Of a stretch of DNA of 44,662 nt, positions 28,221 through 38,793 are shown piece after piece. How positions within the stretch are numbered: position 1 is the stretch's first letter; every line of letters begins with the position of its first letter. Under the pieces are notes generated by a model that made no database searches, had not been told where the DNA came from, and worked only from the letters and a program-made list of their open reading frames with translations. The DNA is taken from positions 1 through 44,662 of the forward strand of contig JAITCR010000006.1 of NCBI GenBank assembly GCA_031282985.1. Direction: 5' to 3'. Source of the stretch: Nitrososphaerota archaeon (GTDB lineage: Archaea; Thermoproteota; Bathyarchaeia; Bathyarchaeales; Bathycorpusculaceae). The translations under genes were made by a program, and so were the position numbers.

Positions 28221-29183
28221 TTAGGCTACGAGGCCAGTTAGTTTGAAACCGGCATCATTAACCATTTTCTTTGCCTGCATAAAGTCACGAACTGCATACA
28301 AGTTGCCACCTTTACCACTTGCACGATAATACTCGGCAGTAATGGGGCCCTGAGCTAAACCTACATATCTGTCAGTGTTACAAAGCACCGCGGTTGCAGC
28401 TGGAAACTCTTCATCAAGCAAACCAGTAATACCCGGCAACCCTTGCACTGGAAACGCTGTTTGCGAGGTGGGGATAGTTGCGCCTAAAAGTTGACCTTTC
28501 ACTTTATCTAAAGCAAAAAAGGCAGCCCAAACATCACGATTTGCAATCATTACGTTACAGTGACCATTTTCTTTAACTACACTTTTTATTGCCTTATTAA
28601 TGTCAGTGTACGGGTTTGCGGTTCCAGTTGTCCAAGCAGTAGACGCAGCAGCAGTTGCAGAAGTAGAGATTAGTTCAGTGCGAATTTGACCATTTTTAGA
28701 TACCGCCAAAGCTTTAGCACAATTCAGGATACTTCTTGAAAACTTGAGACGCTGCTCAGTCATCATCAAACCCTCATCGGAACTAGCGATGGCTTTACCA
28801 TTCTTCCACAACCTAAAATCAATAGGGATCAAATCGTCTTTTATTAACTCAATTTCTTGCAGCTCACCAACTTTTTCTTGCGCCTTGGTGGTTTTTTCAA
28901 GAGCCATTTGGAAAGCTATAGAGGCTGTAGGTATAAAGTTGACCGCTCGGTTCAATACAAGTTCGGGTTGCATAGCTTCAATTACCCGTATGAGGGTATC
29001 GCCTGTTTTAATCTGCTCCTCATCAGTTGACTGAATGTAACCCTCCCCTGCCTGATATCTGACAGCTGGATACAAATCATGATCATTTACTGATGCACGA
29101 TAGAACGCTTTCTCATTTTTGGTGCTATAGCTTAACGAATCTGCCTGATAGCCTATAATAACATTACTTGTTTCATTTGTCAA
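28221..29183 (-). CDS. Major capsid protein (probable HK97 fold)
   Basis: 320 aa; follows protease and decoration genes; MIANRDVW and GLPG P-domain-like motifs; AGGTGA SD. Confidence 0.75.
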   Translation of the reverse strand: MTNETSNVIIGYQADSLSYSTKNEKAFYRASVNDHDLYPAVRYQAGEGYIQSTDEEQIKTGDTLIRVIEAMQPELVLNRAVNFIPTASIAFQMALEKTTKAQEKVGELQEIELIKDDLIPIDFRLWKNGKAIASSDEGLMMTEQRLKFSRSILNCAKALAVSKNGQIRTELISTSATAAASTAWTTGTANPYTDINKAIKSVVKENGHCNVMIANRDVWAAFFALDKVKGQLLGATIPTSQTAFPVQGLPGITGLLDEEFPAATAVLCNTDRYVGLAQGPITAEYYRASGKGGNLYAVRDFMQAKKMVNDAGFKLTGLVA

Positions 29184-29258
29184 AAATTTTCACCTATCTA
29201 ACATTTTATTCATTTGTTTTGGTTATCTGTTTGTTTATGTACGCTCTTCTTTTGGTTG

Positions 29259-29669
29259 TTAGAGGAGGCGTATTGTGCAAACAGTGTCGGTTGCTTCTGC
29301 ATCGCTGTAAGCTTCACCTATAACAATGCCATTATTGTCTGTTGCAACAGTTACTTGACCCGCTATTGTTGGGCTGATGATGAGTTTTTGGCCTTTTAAA
29401 ATTTTGGTGCCTACACTTTTTAGTGTGCTAACTACGCCGCGTGTTACCACTCGGATACAACCGTTTGGCAGAGAAGTGTTAACAATTGGGACAGCGTCTA
29501 ATGCGATGTAAATTTTGCTTGTTGCCGCAAACTCGGGGGTTGCGTTAGTGAAGCCGTCGGTGCCGTTGGTTGCTACAGCTGCGCCTTTTGGTATGCTGGT
29601 TGCGGAAGCTGAGAGTTTTACGGTTTCTACTGCTAAATTGTCATTTAGAATTATTTCGCCGGGCAACAT
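29259..29669 (-). CDS. Capsid decoration/cement protein
   Basis: IPKG.AV..RGVV..G.V..VIGEA..DA pattern (DUF2190-like); lies between protease and capsid genes. Confidence 0.65.
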   Translation of the reverse strand: MLPGEIILNDNLAVETVKLSASATSIPKGAAVATNGTDGFTNATPEFAATSKIYIALDAVPIVNTSLPNGCIRVVTRGVVSTLKSVGTKILKGQKLIISPTIAGQVTVATDNNGIVIGEAYSDAEATDTVCTIRLL

Positions 29670-29670
29670 T

Positions 29671-30855
29671 TTATTGACTTCCTTCTTCAGTTTTACTCTC
29701 AGTTGACATAGCAGTTATGCCGGCTACTGCTGCTGCTGATGATGATGTAGTGTTAATGGCAGTGGCGGTGTAGCCGAGTTTTTCTCGTCGTTCTTTTACT
29801 GCTGCTAAAAAGTCTGTTTCCCCTACGGTGTTTTCTTCTTTTGTTGAGCCCTGGTATTTGGGGCCTTTTTCGCCTGCTTTAGTCTTAGTGTTTTTGTCTG
29901 CTGCAGCGAGTTTAGTTTCTGCTTCTACAATGAGCAGGTTTAGTACGTCTTTAGAGGCTTTTAGAAATATATCCCGATCTAAAACTTCACTGTTACCTAT
30001 ACCGGCTTGTTTGCGAATAGCTAAGGCTTTTTCGACCAAGGTTTTGTGTGTTTCTGCTTCAGCTGCGGCGGCTCTAGTTTCCATATTGGTAATACGGGTG
30101 GTTAAGGGGTCGATTTGGTTTTTTATGGAGGCTTCCAGATTTTTTTGCAGTTGTTCTAAATCATTTTTGGTTATACTGTTTTCACTCATAACTTTTTGTT
30201 CACCTGTTAAAAAATTTTGGTTGTTGTTGTTTTGTGAACACTGATATACACTTGCTAAGAGGTCAAGTGATACCGTGGTGTTACTATGAACACCCTCTGC
30301 CGGGGGTGAATGTTGATTATTATTTTTGTTGGTGGTGGTGTTGTTGTTGGTTGCGGATAGTTTTAGGATGCCTGCCTGGGGATAGGCGGGGTCTTTTACA
30401 AAATCTACCCGTTTAAACACAAACGATTCTATCTCATGATACCCTTCCGGACACTTGTGCTTGGCTGAAGCGACAAGCTTGTTACATTTGGTACATCGGA
30501 CACGATGGGCGGCGATTACAACTGAAACGGGACCTAATTCGCCTTTTTGTGCCATCAACACGGTTTTTGGGTCAGTTAACTCTGCTGTGCCTAAGGCATA
30601 GTTGCCCTTGTTGTCGGTGGCTATAAAGCGACCAGAGTTAAAGCTCTCCTCATCTTCAAAGTGGCCTTGACGGTAGCCTGCGCCCATGCCGATGGGTTTG
30701 TTTAGCAAAGTTGGCAGGGCTTCGTCTAAGGCTTTAACTGATGGGTACCAACCGTTAACGTTAGGGGAAGTGTTCATTAAATAAATGGTAGCCTGTTTAG
30801 CATCAGCATCTATTTTGTAAATGCCGGCACGAAAAGTAATCGGTATTTGACTCAT
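29671..30855 (-). CDS. Prohead protease-scaffold fusion
   Basis: GPVSV and VDFVKDPAY protease-like motifs, CxxC insertion, coiled-coil C-terminal half. Confidence 0.72.
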   Translation of the reverse strand: MSQIPITFRAGIYKIDADAKQATIYLMNTSPNVNGWYPSVKALDEALPTLLNKPIGMGAGYRQGHFEDEESFNSGRFIATDNKGNYALGTAELTDPKTVLMAQKGELGPVSVVIAAHRVRCTKCNKLVASAKHKCPEGYHEIESFVFKRVDFVKDPAYPQAGILKLSATNNNTTTNKNNNQHSPPAEGVHSNTTVSLDLLASVYQCSQNNNNQNFLTGEQKVMSENSITKNDLEQLQKNLEASIKNQIDPLTTRITNMETRAAAAEAETHKTLVEKALAIRKQAGIGNSEVLDRDIFLKASKDVLNLLIVEAETKLAAADKNTKTKAGEKGPKYQGSTKEENTVGETDFLAAVKERREKLGYTATAINTTSSSAAAVAGITAMSTESKTEEGSQ

Positions 30856-30880
30856 ATATTTAAACTCCTAATTTTTGTTT

Positions 30881-31648
30881 TCAGTTTGTTACTATGATGA
30901 TTTCCCAGTCACAACGACAATGCGGATGAAAGGGTGGAAGTTCAAGGGGTAACGCGTCTAAACTGTACATACCATGCCCCAGGTTACCGCCATGGCCGTA
31001 GGCTTCACAGCGTGAACAAACAAGCAGGTCTTCCTCAGTTCGCCACCACAACGCACAAACATCATTCTCTTTAGCCACACCCACGGTTGCAGTGTTTAGG
31101 GTGGTGTAAACAAAATCCTGACTTAGCAAATTCACACGTGTTAGTAAACCCTGGGCGGTTAACCAGAAGCCGCCTAAACCTAAAACTGCAAAATCAACCG
31201 GCTCAAACTTTGTGGTCAATGAGGGTTTGGTTTTTGTGTCAACAGTAAATAACAGCTCTTCACTTCGGCTTTTTTGTAAGTCACCTACAAGTTTGCGCCA
31301 ATACTCAAGTATACCCGAAAAAGACAACACAAGAGCAGAGTCAAAGTTTGGTTGATAAGGCAACCTGTGACGTAGAAAATAGTTTTGCACCTGCGTTTTT
31401 AACGCTTCAAACTCGGTTTGCAACACCAGCTCACCAGCAAGATACAATTCACTTGTTGTTATGCTGCCCTTTGGTTGCTGTCTGAAATAGGTGTATATTT
31501 GGCGCAGTTGCCTTGTGACAAGAGTTACCGCCCTGCCGGCTATTGCTTGGGGGAAGGGTAGGGTAACTTTACGCCCATCTACACCTTGGACGACTGAGTC
31601 TTGTTCACCTGTAATAAGGTTGGTGGTTGAAGGGGTTCCTGTAGACAT
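30881..31648 (-). CDS. MuF-like head morphogenesis protein
   Basis: W.T.ED..VCSRC...PPFHPHCRC; directly after the portal gene. Confidence 0.78.
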   Translation of the reverse strand: MSTGTPSTTNLITGEQDSVVQGVDGRKVTLPFPQAIAGRAVTLVTRQLRQIYTYFRQQPKGSITTSELYLAGELVLQTEFEALKTQVQNYFLRHRLPYQPNFDSALVLSFSGILEYWRKLVGDLQKSRSEELLFTVDTKTKPSLTTKFEPVDFAVLGLGGFWLTAQGLLTRVNLLSQDFVYTTLNTATVGVAKENDVCALWWRTEEDLLVCSRCEAYGHGGNLGHGMYSLDALPLELPPFHPHCRCDWEIIIVTN

Positions 31649-32964
31649 GCTTTAATCTCCGAAGTAAGTAACCCGGCAGTTTTCATAGCCTGCTCAGGAT
31701 GATTACCAAGCAAACCTAACCCGTTATTGTACAGCGTGGAGGCTACGTCGGCTCGTTCTTTAAGGTTGCCCATTTCTGGTTTACGCCACATATGCTTAAC
31801 CACCACTTTACCTATGGCATCGGTGTCGCCATGGGTTTGTAAGGCTTGCTCAACTAATGCGCCATACCAGCCGGGGGATTCATACACCCGCTTAAGGTAA
31901 CGCTGCTTAACCGCAACGGTACCATTAACGAAAGCGTCAAACTCTGTTTCAGCTGTCGCCCTGTTAATTTCCGGTTCAGACAGTAAGAAACGGGGAACCC
32001 CAAAATAGGCGGTTATTTCACGATTAAGTTCGTTCTTGTTGCCGTTTAATTGGGCAAGGTCAATTTTTAACTGTAACATTTGCAGGGTTACTGCATAGTT
32101 AGTAACTACGTCATCGCCGCTGCTTAAACTGTCATGTAAACTTTCAAGGTCTTTTTTTATTTCTGCCTTAACTTTCTCCACATCATTTTCTGTGCTGTTA
32201 AAGTCGGGGGTGGTGTCAACATTTGCCATTTTGAATGGGTTGGACATGCGGTTTACTGCTTTAGGGCGCTCCTTAGTTAAGTAGCCTAGTTCGAAGCAGT
32301 TAGGCATCAAAGCCTCCACATCGCTTAAGCCCTGATAGTCATCTTCCAAATCGGTGTTTAAGAAATATAGCACTTCTGTCAAGTTGTAGGTTAAAGGTTT
32401 AGGGTTGTCCTTTACTTTTAACGTAAAGCCTGTTAGGCGTTTTCTCGTGTTAACTACCGGCTGTAAACCCTGTTTTTGGCTATTGGCGGTTGGTAGTACG
32501 ATGAGTTTATCAATTTCGCCCTCTTTGTTGCTGGATTTTTCAAATCCTGCTTTACCATTAATACACATTTGTACAATGGCGGTAAAAGAAATCTGATCCA
32601 AGTTAACCAGGCTGTTTATGTGGTCTACATATGCTTTAACATAGGTGTATTTCGTTTGGAACGTTGCAAGTTCTTCTTTTGTTAAGGTTTTATCTGTACA
32701 GGCGATTTCAGTGTCAAATCCGGCGGCAACAATAAACCCGGCTAAAACGTCAATACAACGCCGCAGTTTCGGAGTAGTTAGGTAACATTTTTCTTCCAAA
32801 GTTTTTTTAGCAAACCTTGTTTCCCACAACTTTAACTGTTTCTCTATGGGGGTTTCCTTACAAATTGAAACGGTGCTAAACGGAGCATCTTCCAGTTCCC
32901 CTTCTTTACTTGGGAATAGGTTGGCTTTCAAAGTGCCAAAAAAAGTTTTAACCCCTGAAGACAA
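31579..32964 (-). CDS. Portal protein
   Basis: 461 aa after terminase; GLSDVE and EITAYFGVP.FLL..NRATAE motifs. Confidence 0.82.
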   Translation of the reverse strand: MSSGVKTFFGTLKANLFPSKEGELEDAPFSTVSICKETPIEKQLKLWETRFAKKTLEEKCYLTTPKLRRCIDVLAGFIVAAGFDTEIACTDKTLTKEELATFQTKYTYVKAYVDHINSLVNLDQISFTAIVQMCINGKAGFEKSSNKEGEIDKLIVLPTANSQKQGLQPVVNTRKRLTGFTLKVKDNPKPLTYNLTEVLYFLNTDLEDDYQGLSDVEALMPNCFELGYLTKERPKAVNRMSNPFKMANVDTTPDFNSTENDVEKVKAEIKKDLESLHDSLSSGDDVVTNYAVTLQMLQLKIDLAQLNGNKNELNREITAYFGVPRFLLSEPEINRATAETEFDAFVNGTVAVKQRYLKRVYESPGWYGALVEQALQTHGDTDAIGKVVVKHMWRKPEMGNLKERADVASTLYNNGLGLLGNHPEQAMKTAGLLTSEIKACLQEPLQPPTLLQVNKTQSSKV

Positions 32965-32999
32965 AATGTTATTCTCCTTCTTTCTTTTTATTCTTGTTC

Positions 33000-33236
33000 T
33001 TAGTCTTGTGTTTGGTTTTCAAAAGTGATTATTTCGCGGTCAATTACTGTGTAGCCTTTAGCTTCTGCTTGGTTGTTGTCAAACCAGACGTTTGGATCAG
33101 TTTCTGTGCTAGGCCCAAATTTTTTGTGTATGGTTGCACGAATTTTTTTTAAAAAACTCATATTTACCTTCCCTGCCGGCTTGCCTTCTTGCCTGTTACT
33201 TTTGTATGTTTGTTTGTTTGTTAAGGTTAAACCCAA
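33000..33236 (-). CDS. Small hypothetical protein
   Basis: ORF between terminase and portal; true start may be the internal MSFLKK. Confidence 0.4.
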   Translation of the reverse strand: MGLTLTNKQTYKSNRQEGKPAGKVNMSFLKKIRATIHKKFGPSTETDPNVWFDNNQAEAKGYTVIDREIITFENQTQD

Positions 33237-34573
33237 ATTGGATGTGTGAAACTGTGTTTTAGAATGTTTAATTGTGCAAATGCGCCCGATAACGCGTCCA
33301 CTTGATCATCATGACCGCCAAGTGGAAAAGCTTCCAGTTCATCTAAAAATGCGCCATTCCAACTTGCTTGTAATAATCGAAAGTTGCCTGCGTCCCAAGC
33401 TGATGATACAGGTGCAGCTCTTTCTGTTTTGCTGCCAGTTGTTTTTATACCTTTAAACACGTAACCTTTCAACACGTCACGAGCATAAAAATCTATTATT
33501 TCAACTCCGCTGCTGCCGGGTTCTTGCTCAATGTAAATGAATGTTTTAACACTGTCAAGTTGCGCCGTTTGCTTAATTAACGCTTGAACCTCAGCCGGTG
33601 ACTTACGCGCCCTAATAACATCTGCTACATAATATATGCCGTTTTTTTCTGCCAGTTTAACGCCAACGGTGTAGTCGGGGTCTTTATTGTTCTGTTTAGG
33701 TTTGGTTGCGGCTTTATCCCAATATCTTACAAAATTTAAGCCTGCCGGAAACTCTGTGACGATTTGGGTTTTTTCGCGATGAAAAATGCTGCCGCCATGT
33801 CTTGCGTTCCAGTCGCCCAGTCGGTATTGCCGCCGTGTTATGGGGTCTAATTCTTCAAGGCTTTTTTCATATTCTTTTTGGTCTAAGTGGGGGTTGTCTT
33901 CTAATTTGGCGGGCACAAACACGCGACCTAAATGGGGGCCTTCTATCATGAAACGGTTATGTACCCACTCATGACCCACACCACCTGGGTTACTTGCTGC
34001 TCTGGCGCGTAAAGGTATAAGGCTGCCTTTGAGTCGTCGTAGGCGGCTAAAGAGGTAGCGGTATTGGGATTCAGAGAATTGGGTTAATTCGTCAAAGCCG
34101 ATGTATTGAAATTCTGCTCCCTGGTAATGGAACTTGTCGTTTTCAGTTTCCAGGTAACCGAATGCGATTTTTGCGCCTGAGGGGAAAGTAAATACGTGAC
34201 GGACATCGTTCCAATGTATGTTTTTGTGGCTGCACCACCATTCTTTAGCGCGATCCATTAAGGCTCCTGAGAGGCTTAAATCGGCAAAAGTACGTCTGAA
34301 TAATATTGCGCTATACCGTGATTCACTTACATATTGTGCGGCAGCCATGAGTAAGCAATCTGATTTTCCGCCGCCTGCTGCGCCGCCGTATAGGGCTTCT
34401 TTGCCGTTAAAAAGAAGGAATTGTGCTTGTTTAAGTGTTGGCCGATGAGTTATGTATGGGTTTTGGAGAATGGTTTTAAGAAATAGGCTCTTCTGTAACT
34501 CCACCAGTTGTTGTTGGTTCTGTTGTTGTTGTGAAGAGGGTTTCGTAGTCTGCAAGCATTGATTTAATAACAT
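33227..34573 (-). CDS. terL: Terminase large subunit (start uncertain)
   Basis: GGAAGGGKS Walker A, IGFDELTQF Walker B, ASNPGG, RYWD and HDDQVDA nuclease motifs. Confidence 0.93.
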   Translation of the reverse strand: MLLNQCLQTTKPSSQQQQNQQQLVELQKSLFLKTILQNPYITHRPTLKQAQFLLFNGKEALYGGAAGGGKSDCLLMAAAQYVSESRYSAILFRRTFADLSLSGALMDRAKEWWCSHKNIHWNDVRHVFTFPSGAKIAFGYLETENDKFHYQGAEFQYIGFDELTQFSESQYRYLFSRLRRLKGSLIPLRARAASNPGGVGHEWVHNRFMIEGPHLGRVFVPAKLEDNPHLDQKEYEKSLEELDPITRRQYRLGDWNARHGGSIFHREKTQIVTEFPAGLNFVRYWDKAATKPKQNNKDPDYTVGVKLAEKNGIYYVADVIRARKSPAEVQALIKQTAQLDSVKTFIYIEQEPGSSGVEIIDFYARDVLKGYVFKGIKTTGSKTERAAPVSSAWDAGNFRLLQASWNGAFLDELEAFPLGGHDDQVDALSGAFAQLNILKHSFTHPIWV

Positions 34574-35030
34574 TTACGTTCACGGTTTTGTTTTCGGTGG
34601 TTTCCTGTTTTACTTGTACTTGTTGTGGTTCGCCTGATAATGCGATTCGTAGTTCGATTGAAGATTCCAGTTCTCCTGTGATGGCTTTTTGTGTCAAGTT
34701 TTCTATGCAATACGTTTTAAGTATGGTTAAATCTTCAGTTTTAACTTGTTCAAACTCTTTTGCAATTTCATTTAGGTAACGTCTAACTTTTTGATCGCCG
34801 TTACCAATATTTAGACCGTATTCTTTTTTGAAGGTTTCACGGTTAAAGGTGCGTTCTTTTAACTGTTTACGAAGTACCTTCATAAGAAAAGTTTTTGTAA
34901 ACTTGGGCAATTTGGGCAATTTGGGCAATTTGGGCAATTCAGTTGAGGCATCACATTGTAGTGGTGTTGGTGTTGGTGTTGTTGGCGGGGGTGGGTTTAG
35001 GTTGAGGGCTTCTTCCATGGTGATGGACAT
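34476..35030 (-). CDS. Putative terminase small subunit
   Basis: Helical protein directly upstream of terL; contains a 9-bp x4 repeat (LPK). Confidence 0.5.
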   Translation of the reverse strand: MSITMEEALNLNPPPPTTPTPTPLQCDASTELPKLPKLPKLPKFTKTFLMKVLRKQLKERTFNRETFKKEYGLNIGNGDQKVRRYLNEIAKEFEQVKTEDLTILKTYCIENLTQKAITGELESSIELRIALSGEPQQVQVKQETTENKTVNVNVIKSMLADYETLFTTTTEPTTTGGVTEEPIS

Positions 35031-35072
35031 AAAAATGATGCTTCCTATGTGACAAGTTGGATTAGAATTGGG

Positions 35073-35390
35073 TTAGTTTGTGAGGGTTTTTATGAGTTCA
35101 AGTAGTAGGGGTATGATGATGATTGCGGTGCTGCCGATGGCGCCGCCGATTTTTGTTAGTGTACGCAGGCTGTCATCATGTTTTTGCTGGTTTACTTCCA
35201 GGTCATACAGTTTTTGCCGTATAATGTTTAACTGTTCCTGGACGTCTGTTTGGCAGCAGGCACGTTCTTTTTGCAGCATTTCCAGGCGGGTTTCTACACG
35301 CGCCAATGTTTCACGTGTAGACGCAATCCTTTTAGAATTCTCCGTCACTTGCTCCTGCTGCTGCTGTTGCTGTTGCTGTTGTTGAGTCAT
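35073..35390 (-). CDS. Coiled-coil protein with C-terminal TM helix (holin/XhlA-like architecture)
   Basis: PolyQ N-terminus, LARVETRLE coiled coil, single C-terminal hydrophobic helix. Confidence 0.55.
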   Translation of the reverse strand: MTQQQQQQQQQQEQVTENSKRIASTRETLARVETRLEMLQKERACCQTDVQEQLNIIRQKLYDLEVNQQKHDDSLRTLTKIGGAIGSTAIIIIPLLLELIKTLTN

Positions 35391-35437
35391 GCTGAGTTCC
35401 TGCTAATTAATCAGCTATTTAGTTACATGTTAGTTTG

Positions 35438-35848
35438 TTAGTTTGTGGGGCGGTTTAAGACTTGGCCGTCTTCAATCCAGTTTAGAATGTGGATTACGGC
35501 GACTGGTTCAAATGGAATATACTCTGTTTCAACTAGTATTGTTTTAACATGTTTTGTTAAGTGGTTGGGTTGTTGGGTGAAAATTGAACTAGTTTTTTCT
35601 ACACAACAACCACTACCAAGCAGCACTTCGTTTATTTTTGCTCTATCTGCGTGGTGAAAAGCTTTCTCTCCACTGGCGGGGTCGCAGCGGCTGTGATCTT
35701 TCACTTCCACGCGTATGGCATCATACTGCTGACGCCGTTCAAGATAATTAGTGAACCTTGTTTCACGCTTCTTAAAACCGTAATTACTGCGAACATGAGG
35801 CGTTTTTAGCACTCTCCAAAAATTGATAATAACTTCTATGTAACCCAC
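35438..35848 (-). CDS. Hypothetical protein
   Basis: 136-aa ORF at the head of the late operon. Confidence 0.55.
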   Translation of the reverse strand: MGYIEVIINFWRVLKTPHVRSNYGFKKRETRFTNYLERRQQYDAIRVEVKDHSRCDPASGEKAFHHADRAKINEVLLGSGCCVEKTSSIFTQQPNHLTKHVKTILVETEYIPFEPVAVIHILNWIEDGQVLNRPTN

Positions 35849-36293
35849 TCAACGGCGAGTTGAAAAAGTTTACATAGTAAACAATTGTACTGATAACGTA
35901 CCTTACATATAAATACTATACGTTTCACCGGGGTTAAGGTACGTTTACTGTGGTAATCGTGGAGAAGAATATTTTTTTATAGTTGCAGCCGATTGTATTA
36001 TGTTGTGCAGAGGGGCGTTTATGCTTGAAATAGGTTACGGGTTTGCATATTTTCCTGTTAACCCGCGCCTCTGCTACACATTTACAATTAACCTTTAACC
36101 CTGTTAACATCAACGCTAATAATACTATTTTATAAGGTGTATGTAGACACCACTTCTGGGGACGTTATACAGGTACGTTATGGCGGTTGTGTGAAACAAG
36201 TGGTGCCTACACACAAAATAACAAAAACTGTAAGGAATATAAATTTTTTACTTCCAACTTTTTTCTCCTTAACATAAGGGTCAAAGGGTAATG

Positions 36294-36440
36294 TTATTGA
36301 GGTGTTTTTGCTTTTTTAAACTTGTCAAACCCGCAAACAGAGCACACAAACGGTTCTTTAGCATTTACAAACCCAATCTGCACAATACCTGTTTTATGAC
36401 CACAACGCAAACACTCCTGCAAAGGAACCTCAAACGGCAC
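36294..36440 (-). CDS. 48-aa zinc-ribbon protein (CLRCG...CSVCG), below the ORF-track cutoff
   Basis: Manual translation from GTG at 36440; AAGGTG upstream. Confidence 0.55.
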   Translation of the reverse strand: MPFEVPLQECLRCGHKTGIVQIGFVNAKEPFVCSVCGFDKFKKAKTPQ

Positions 36441-36918
36441 AATTTACACCTTTAAAACTACCTTAATTTGCCTGCCTTAAAAGTTTATACACCACAAACT
36501 CTACCGCCGACTTAGGAACTGTGCATAAATAACTTGCACTCGTAAAATGGAATTACACGAGCTTCAGCAAAAAGAAGTGCACATTATTTTCGCACAGTTC
36601 CTTACCCAACTTAAAAAGAAACACACCACCGTCGCACTAAATCATTTTTTATGATATTGCCCCTATGGACATGTTACAGGTTAGTGTTGTACTGTTGAAC
36701 AGCTGACATTCACAGTTGCTAACATTATTTTTGCTGCCTATTTACGTTAAACCTGTATACCTGTTGAACACACCTACAGTTAAACCGACTTTTATACGCC
36801 CAAAATATGTCCAAGATCTTATATGCCCCTCAAACATAAAGAGAAACCTGTAACAACACAAAACATACCCAACAACAACAATAATAGTAGTAGTAGTAGT
36901 AGTTAAAGGTGAAAAAAC

Positions 36919-37338
36919 ATGAACGAAATTGTTCAAAGAGAAACCCAAACAAAACTAACAAAAAACCTCCTAGACATGATAATACTACGATTAATCAACC
37001 AACAACCCATGCATGGCTACCAAATCATGACAAAAATACGCCGCATATTTGGCGTCTATTTCGGCCCAAGCGCAATCTACCCCCTACTAGCTAAACTAGA
37101 AGAACAAGGCTACATAAACAGCAAATGGAACATACCCTTACTTGAAAAACCCTGCAAAATCTTTACCATCACAAACACAGGCAAAACCATGATAAAATAC
37201 ACCGAAAACACCCTAGACATATTTTGCAGAACCCTAAAAACCTTTGAAAAAACAACCCAAAACACACCACCACCACCCACACCACTACCAATAACAACGC
37301 CAACAACGCCAGTATTAACAACAACACTGTCGCCATAA
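36919..37338 (+). CDS. PadR-family transcriptional regulator
   Basis: ILRLI..PMHGYQI...GPSAIYPLL.KLEEQGYI. Confidence 0.88.
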   Translation: MNEIVQRETQTKLTKNLLDMIILRLINQQPMHGYQIMTKIRRIFGVYFGPSAIYPLLAKLEEQGYINSKWNIPLLEKPCKIFTITNTGKTMIKYTENTLDIFCRTLKTFEKTTQNTPPPPTPLPITTPTTPVLTTTLSP

Positions 37339-37504
37339 TTGACTCATAATTTTACTCTTTTTCATATTTTCCAGTATGAATATTATAGTATCCTAAGTGT
37401 TGGTACGCTTTTTCCTGTTAGCAACAGCAGGACAAGTTGTGTCACAGTCATAACTACAAGTTAAATAATCACACACACATAAATCACTCTTTAATCTCCA
37501 ACAA

Positions 37505-37705
37505 TCACTTTTTAGGCCGCCATAAATTAAAATCTGTACATTCCCTGCACTGTAACCAATACTCAGGTTTTTTATTACAAAAACACGTCCTACAAACACG
37601 CCCATCATCAACCACAGACGACGAGGTTGCAGACTGCTTTTGCCGTCGCATCTCATCGATATCTACAGTTTTTAATTCAAACCTTCTTTTACCCATTTTT
37701 AACAT
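37505..37705 (-). CDS. Small Cys-rich protein
   Basis: CxxC...CxxC; overlaps the end of the ASCH gene. Confidence 0.5.
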   Translation of the reverse strand: MLKMGKRRFELKTVDIDEMRRQKQSATSSSVVDDGRVCRTCFCNKKPEYWLQCRECTDFNLWRPKK

Positions 37706-38169
37706 TCTCCCGCATTATCATAATTACAGGCTTCAAAAAATTCTTTCTCTCCCTTTGTTAAGTAACGGAAATTTTGCGGAGCAATAAACCATGGATCCCA
37801 ACGTGGACTATCAACAGGGGGTTTGAACACTTCCAACTTTGCTATTTCAATAGCAAACCCACTTGTTGAACCCTTGAAATACTCAAAATACTGCTCTTCA
37901 CTAACTCCAGCAAAACTCTTAGTATCACTCCATAAACACTTAAAATCATAAAACACCAAAGAGTTATCACTACAATAAATTATGCTTTTAACTTTAAACC
38001 GGCCAACAACCATTTTAGCTGGTGCAGACGAGTAAATGTATACCCAATCAACTTTTTGCTTCCAAATTCTTCGGCGAAACTCCCACCGTTTAGACCCCGA
38101 CAAAATCCCTGCAACATACTCCGGCTTAATACTTAACAAAACCTCAACCATTAAAACCAACTCTCCCAA
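37699..38169 (-). CDS. ASCH-domain protein
   Basis: LLSIKPEY...ILSGSKRWEFRR, IYSSAP and APQNFRY motifs. Confidence 0.85.
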   Translation of the reverse strand: MGELVLMVEVLLSIKPEYVAGILSGSKRWEFRRRIWKQKVDWVYIYSSAPAKMVVGRFKVKSIIYCSDNSLVFYDFKCLWSDTKSFAGVSEEQYFEYFKGSTSGFAIEIAKLEVFKPPVDSPRWDPWFIAPQNFRYLTKGEKEFFEACNYDNAGEC

Positions 38170-38352
38170 AGAGCAGCACTCACAAACACAGCAAAAAGTA
38201 AAACCTCACCATAAGGATAAAAATTACAGGTTAAACGTTCTTTAAAGGCTAAATTAAACACAAAATCAGCAGCCTCACTGCACCCAAAGTTTGTTTACTA
38301 TACCAGACTGTCAATTGGTCCCGCCAATCCAAAACTCTAAATTTTGAAGGGT

Positions 38353-38757
38353 TCATTTTCGTATCTCCTCTCTTCGGTCTAGGGTTATTTTCCAAATTTT
38401 AGGGTCAAACCGCAAAGGCACCTTGCTAAAACATTGCTGACAGAAACAATACTCCCCCTTTGTTGGGCCTCGCAAGTCGGTGGCCCAAACCACAGCAGAA
38501 CGACCACACTTACATTTCTCAACCACCCCAACCACGGGTAAGGCTGTTTGAAACACTGACAATTGAAGCTGAGGATTGCCCGGAGGCCAATGGTGAGCTT
38601 TAAAGACTGCACGTATACCCTCGCGTTGTAACTCGATGAGTTTAACTCCATCTTGCACAGCTAATTTTTTGAAGTCGCTAAACATTTTTTCATCGTTTTC
38701 GTCTTCTGCACGAAAGTGCATGTTGTCTTTAACGTTAGGATCCGCTTTACGCGTCAT
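38353..38757 (-). CDS. Putative RHH plus zinc-finger DNA-binding protein
   Basis: FSDFKKLA.QDG...REGI helix pair; CKCG...CQQC; GGGTGA SD-like site. Confidence 0.5.
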   Translation of the reverse strand: MTRKADPNVKDNMHFRAEDENDEKMFSDFKKLAVQDGVKLIELQREGIRAVFKAHHWPPGNPQLQLSVFQTALPVVGVVEKCKCGRSAVVWATDLRGPTKGEYCFCQQCFSKVPLRFDPKIWKITLDRREEIRK

Positions 38758-38793
38758 TTTGATTCACTTCACCCGTTTTTTCTTTTAATTTTT

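Noticed and set aside
34476..34573. Programmed terS-terL fusion
   Set aside because: The 98-nt overlap is more simply explained by an over-extended terL start call; no slippery site identified
36514..36602. Hammerhead ribozyme
   Set aside because: The CUGANGA/GAAA core is not found in the required arrangement on either strand
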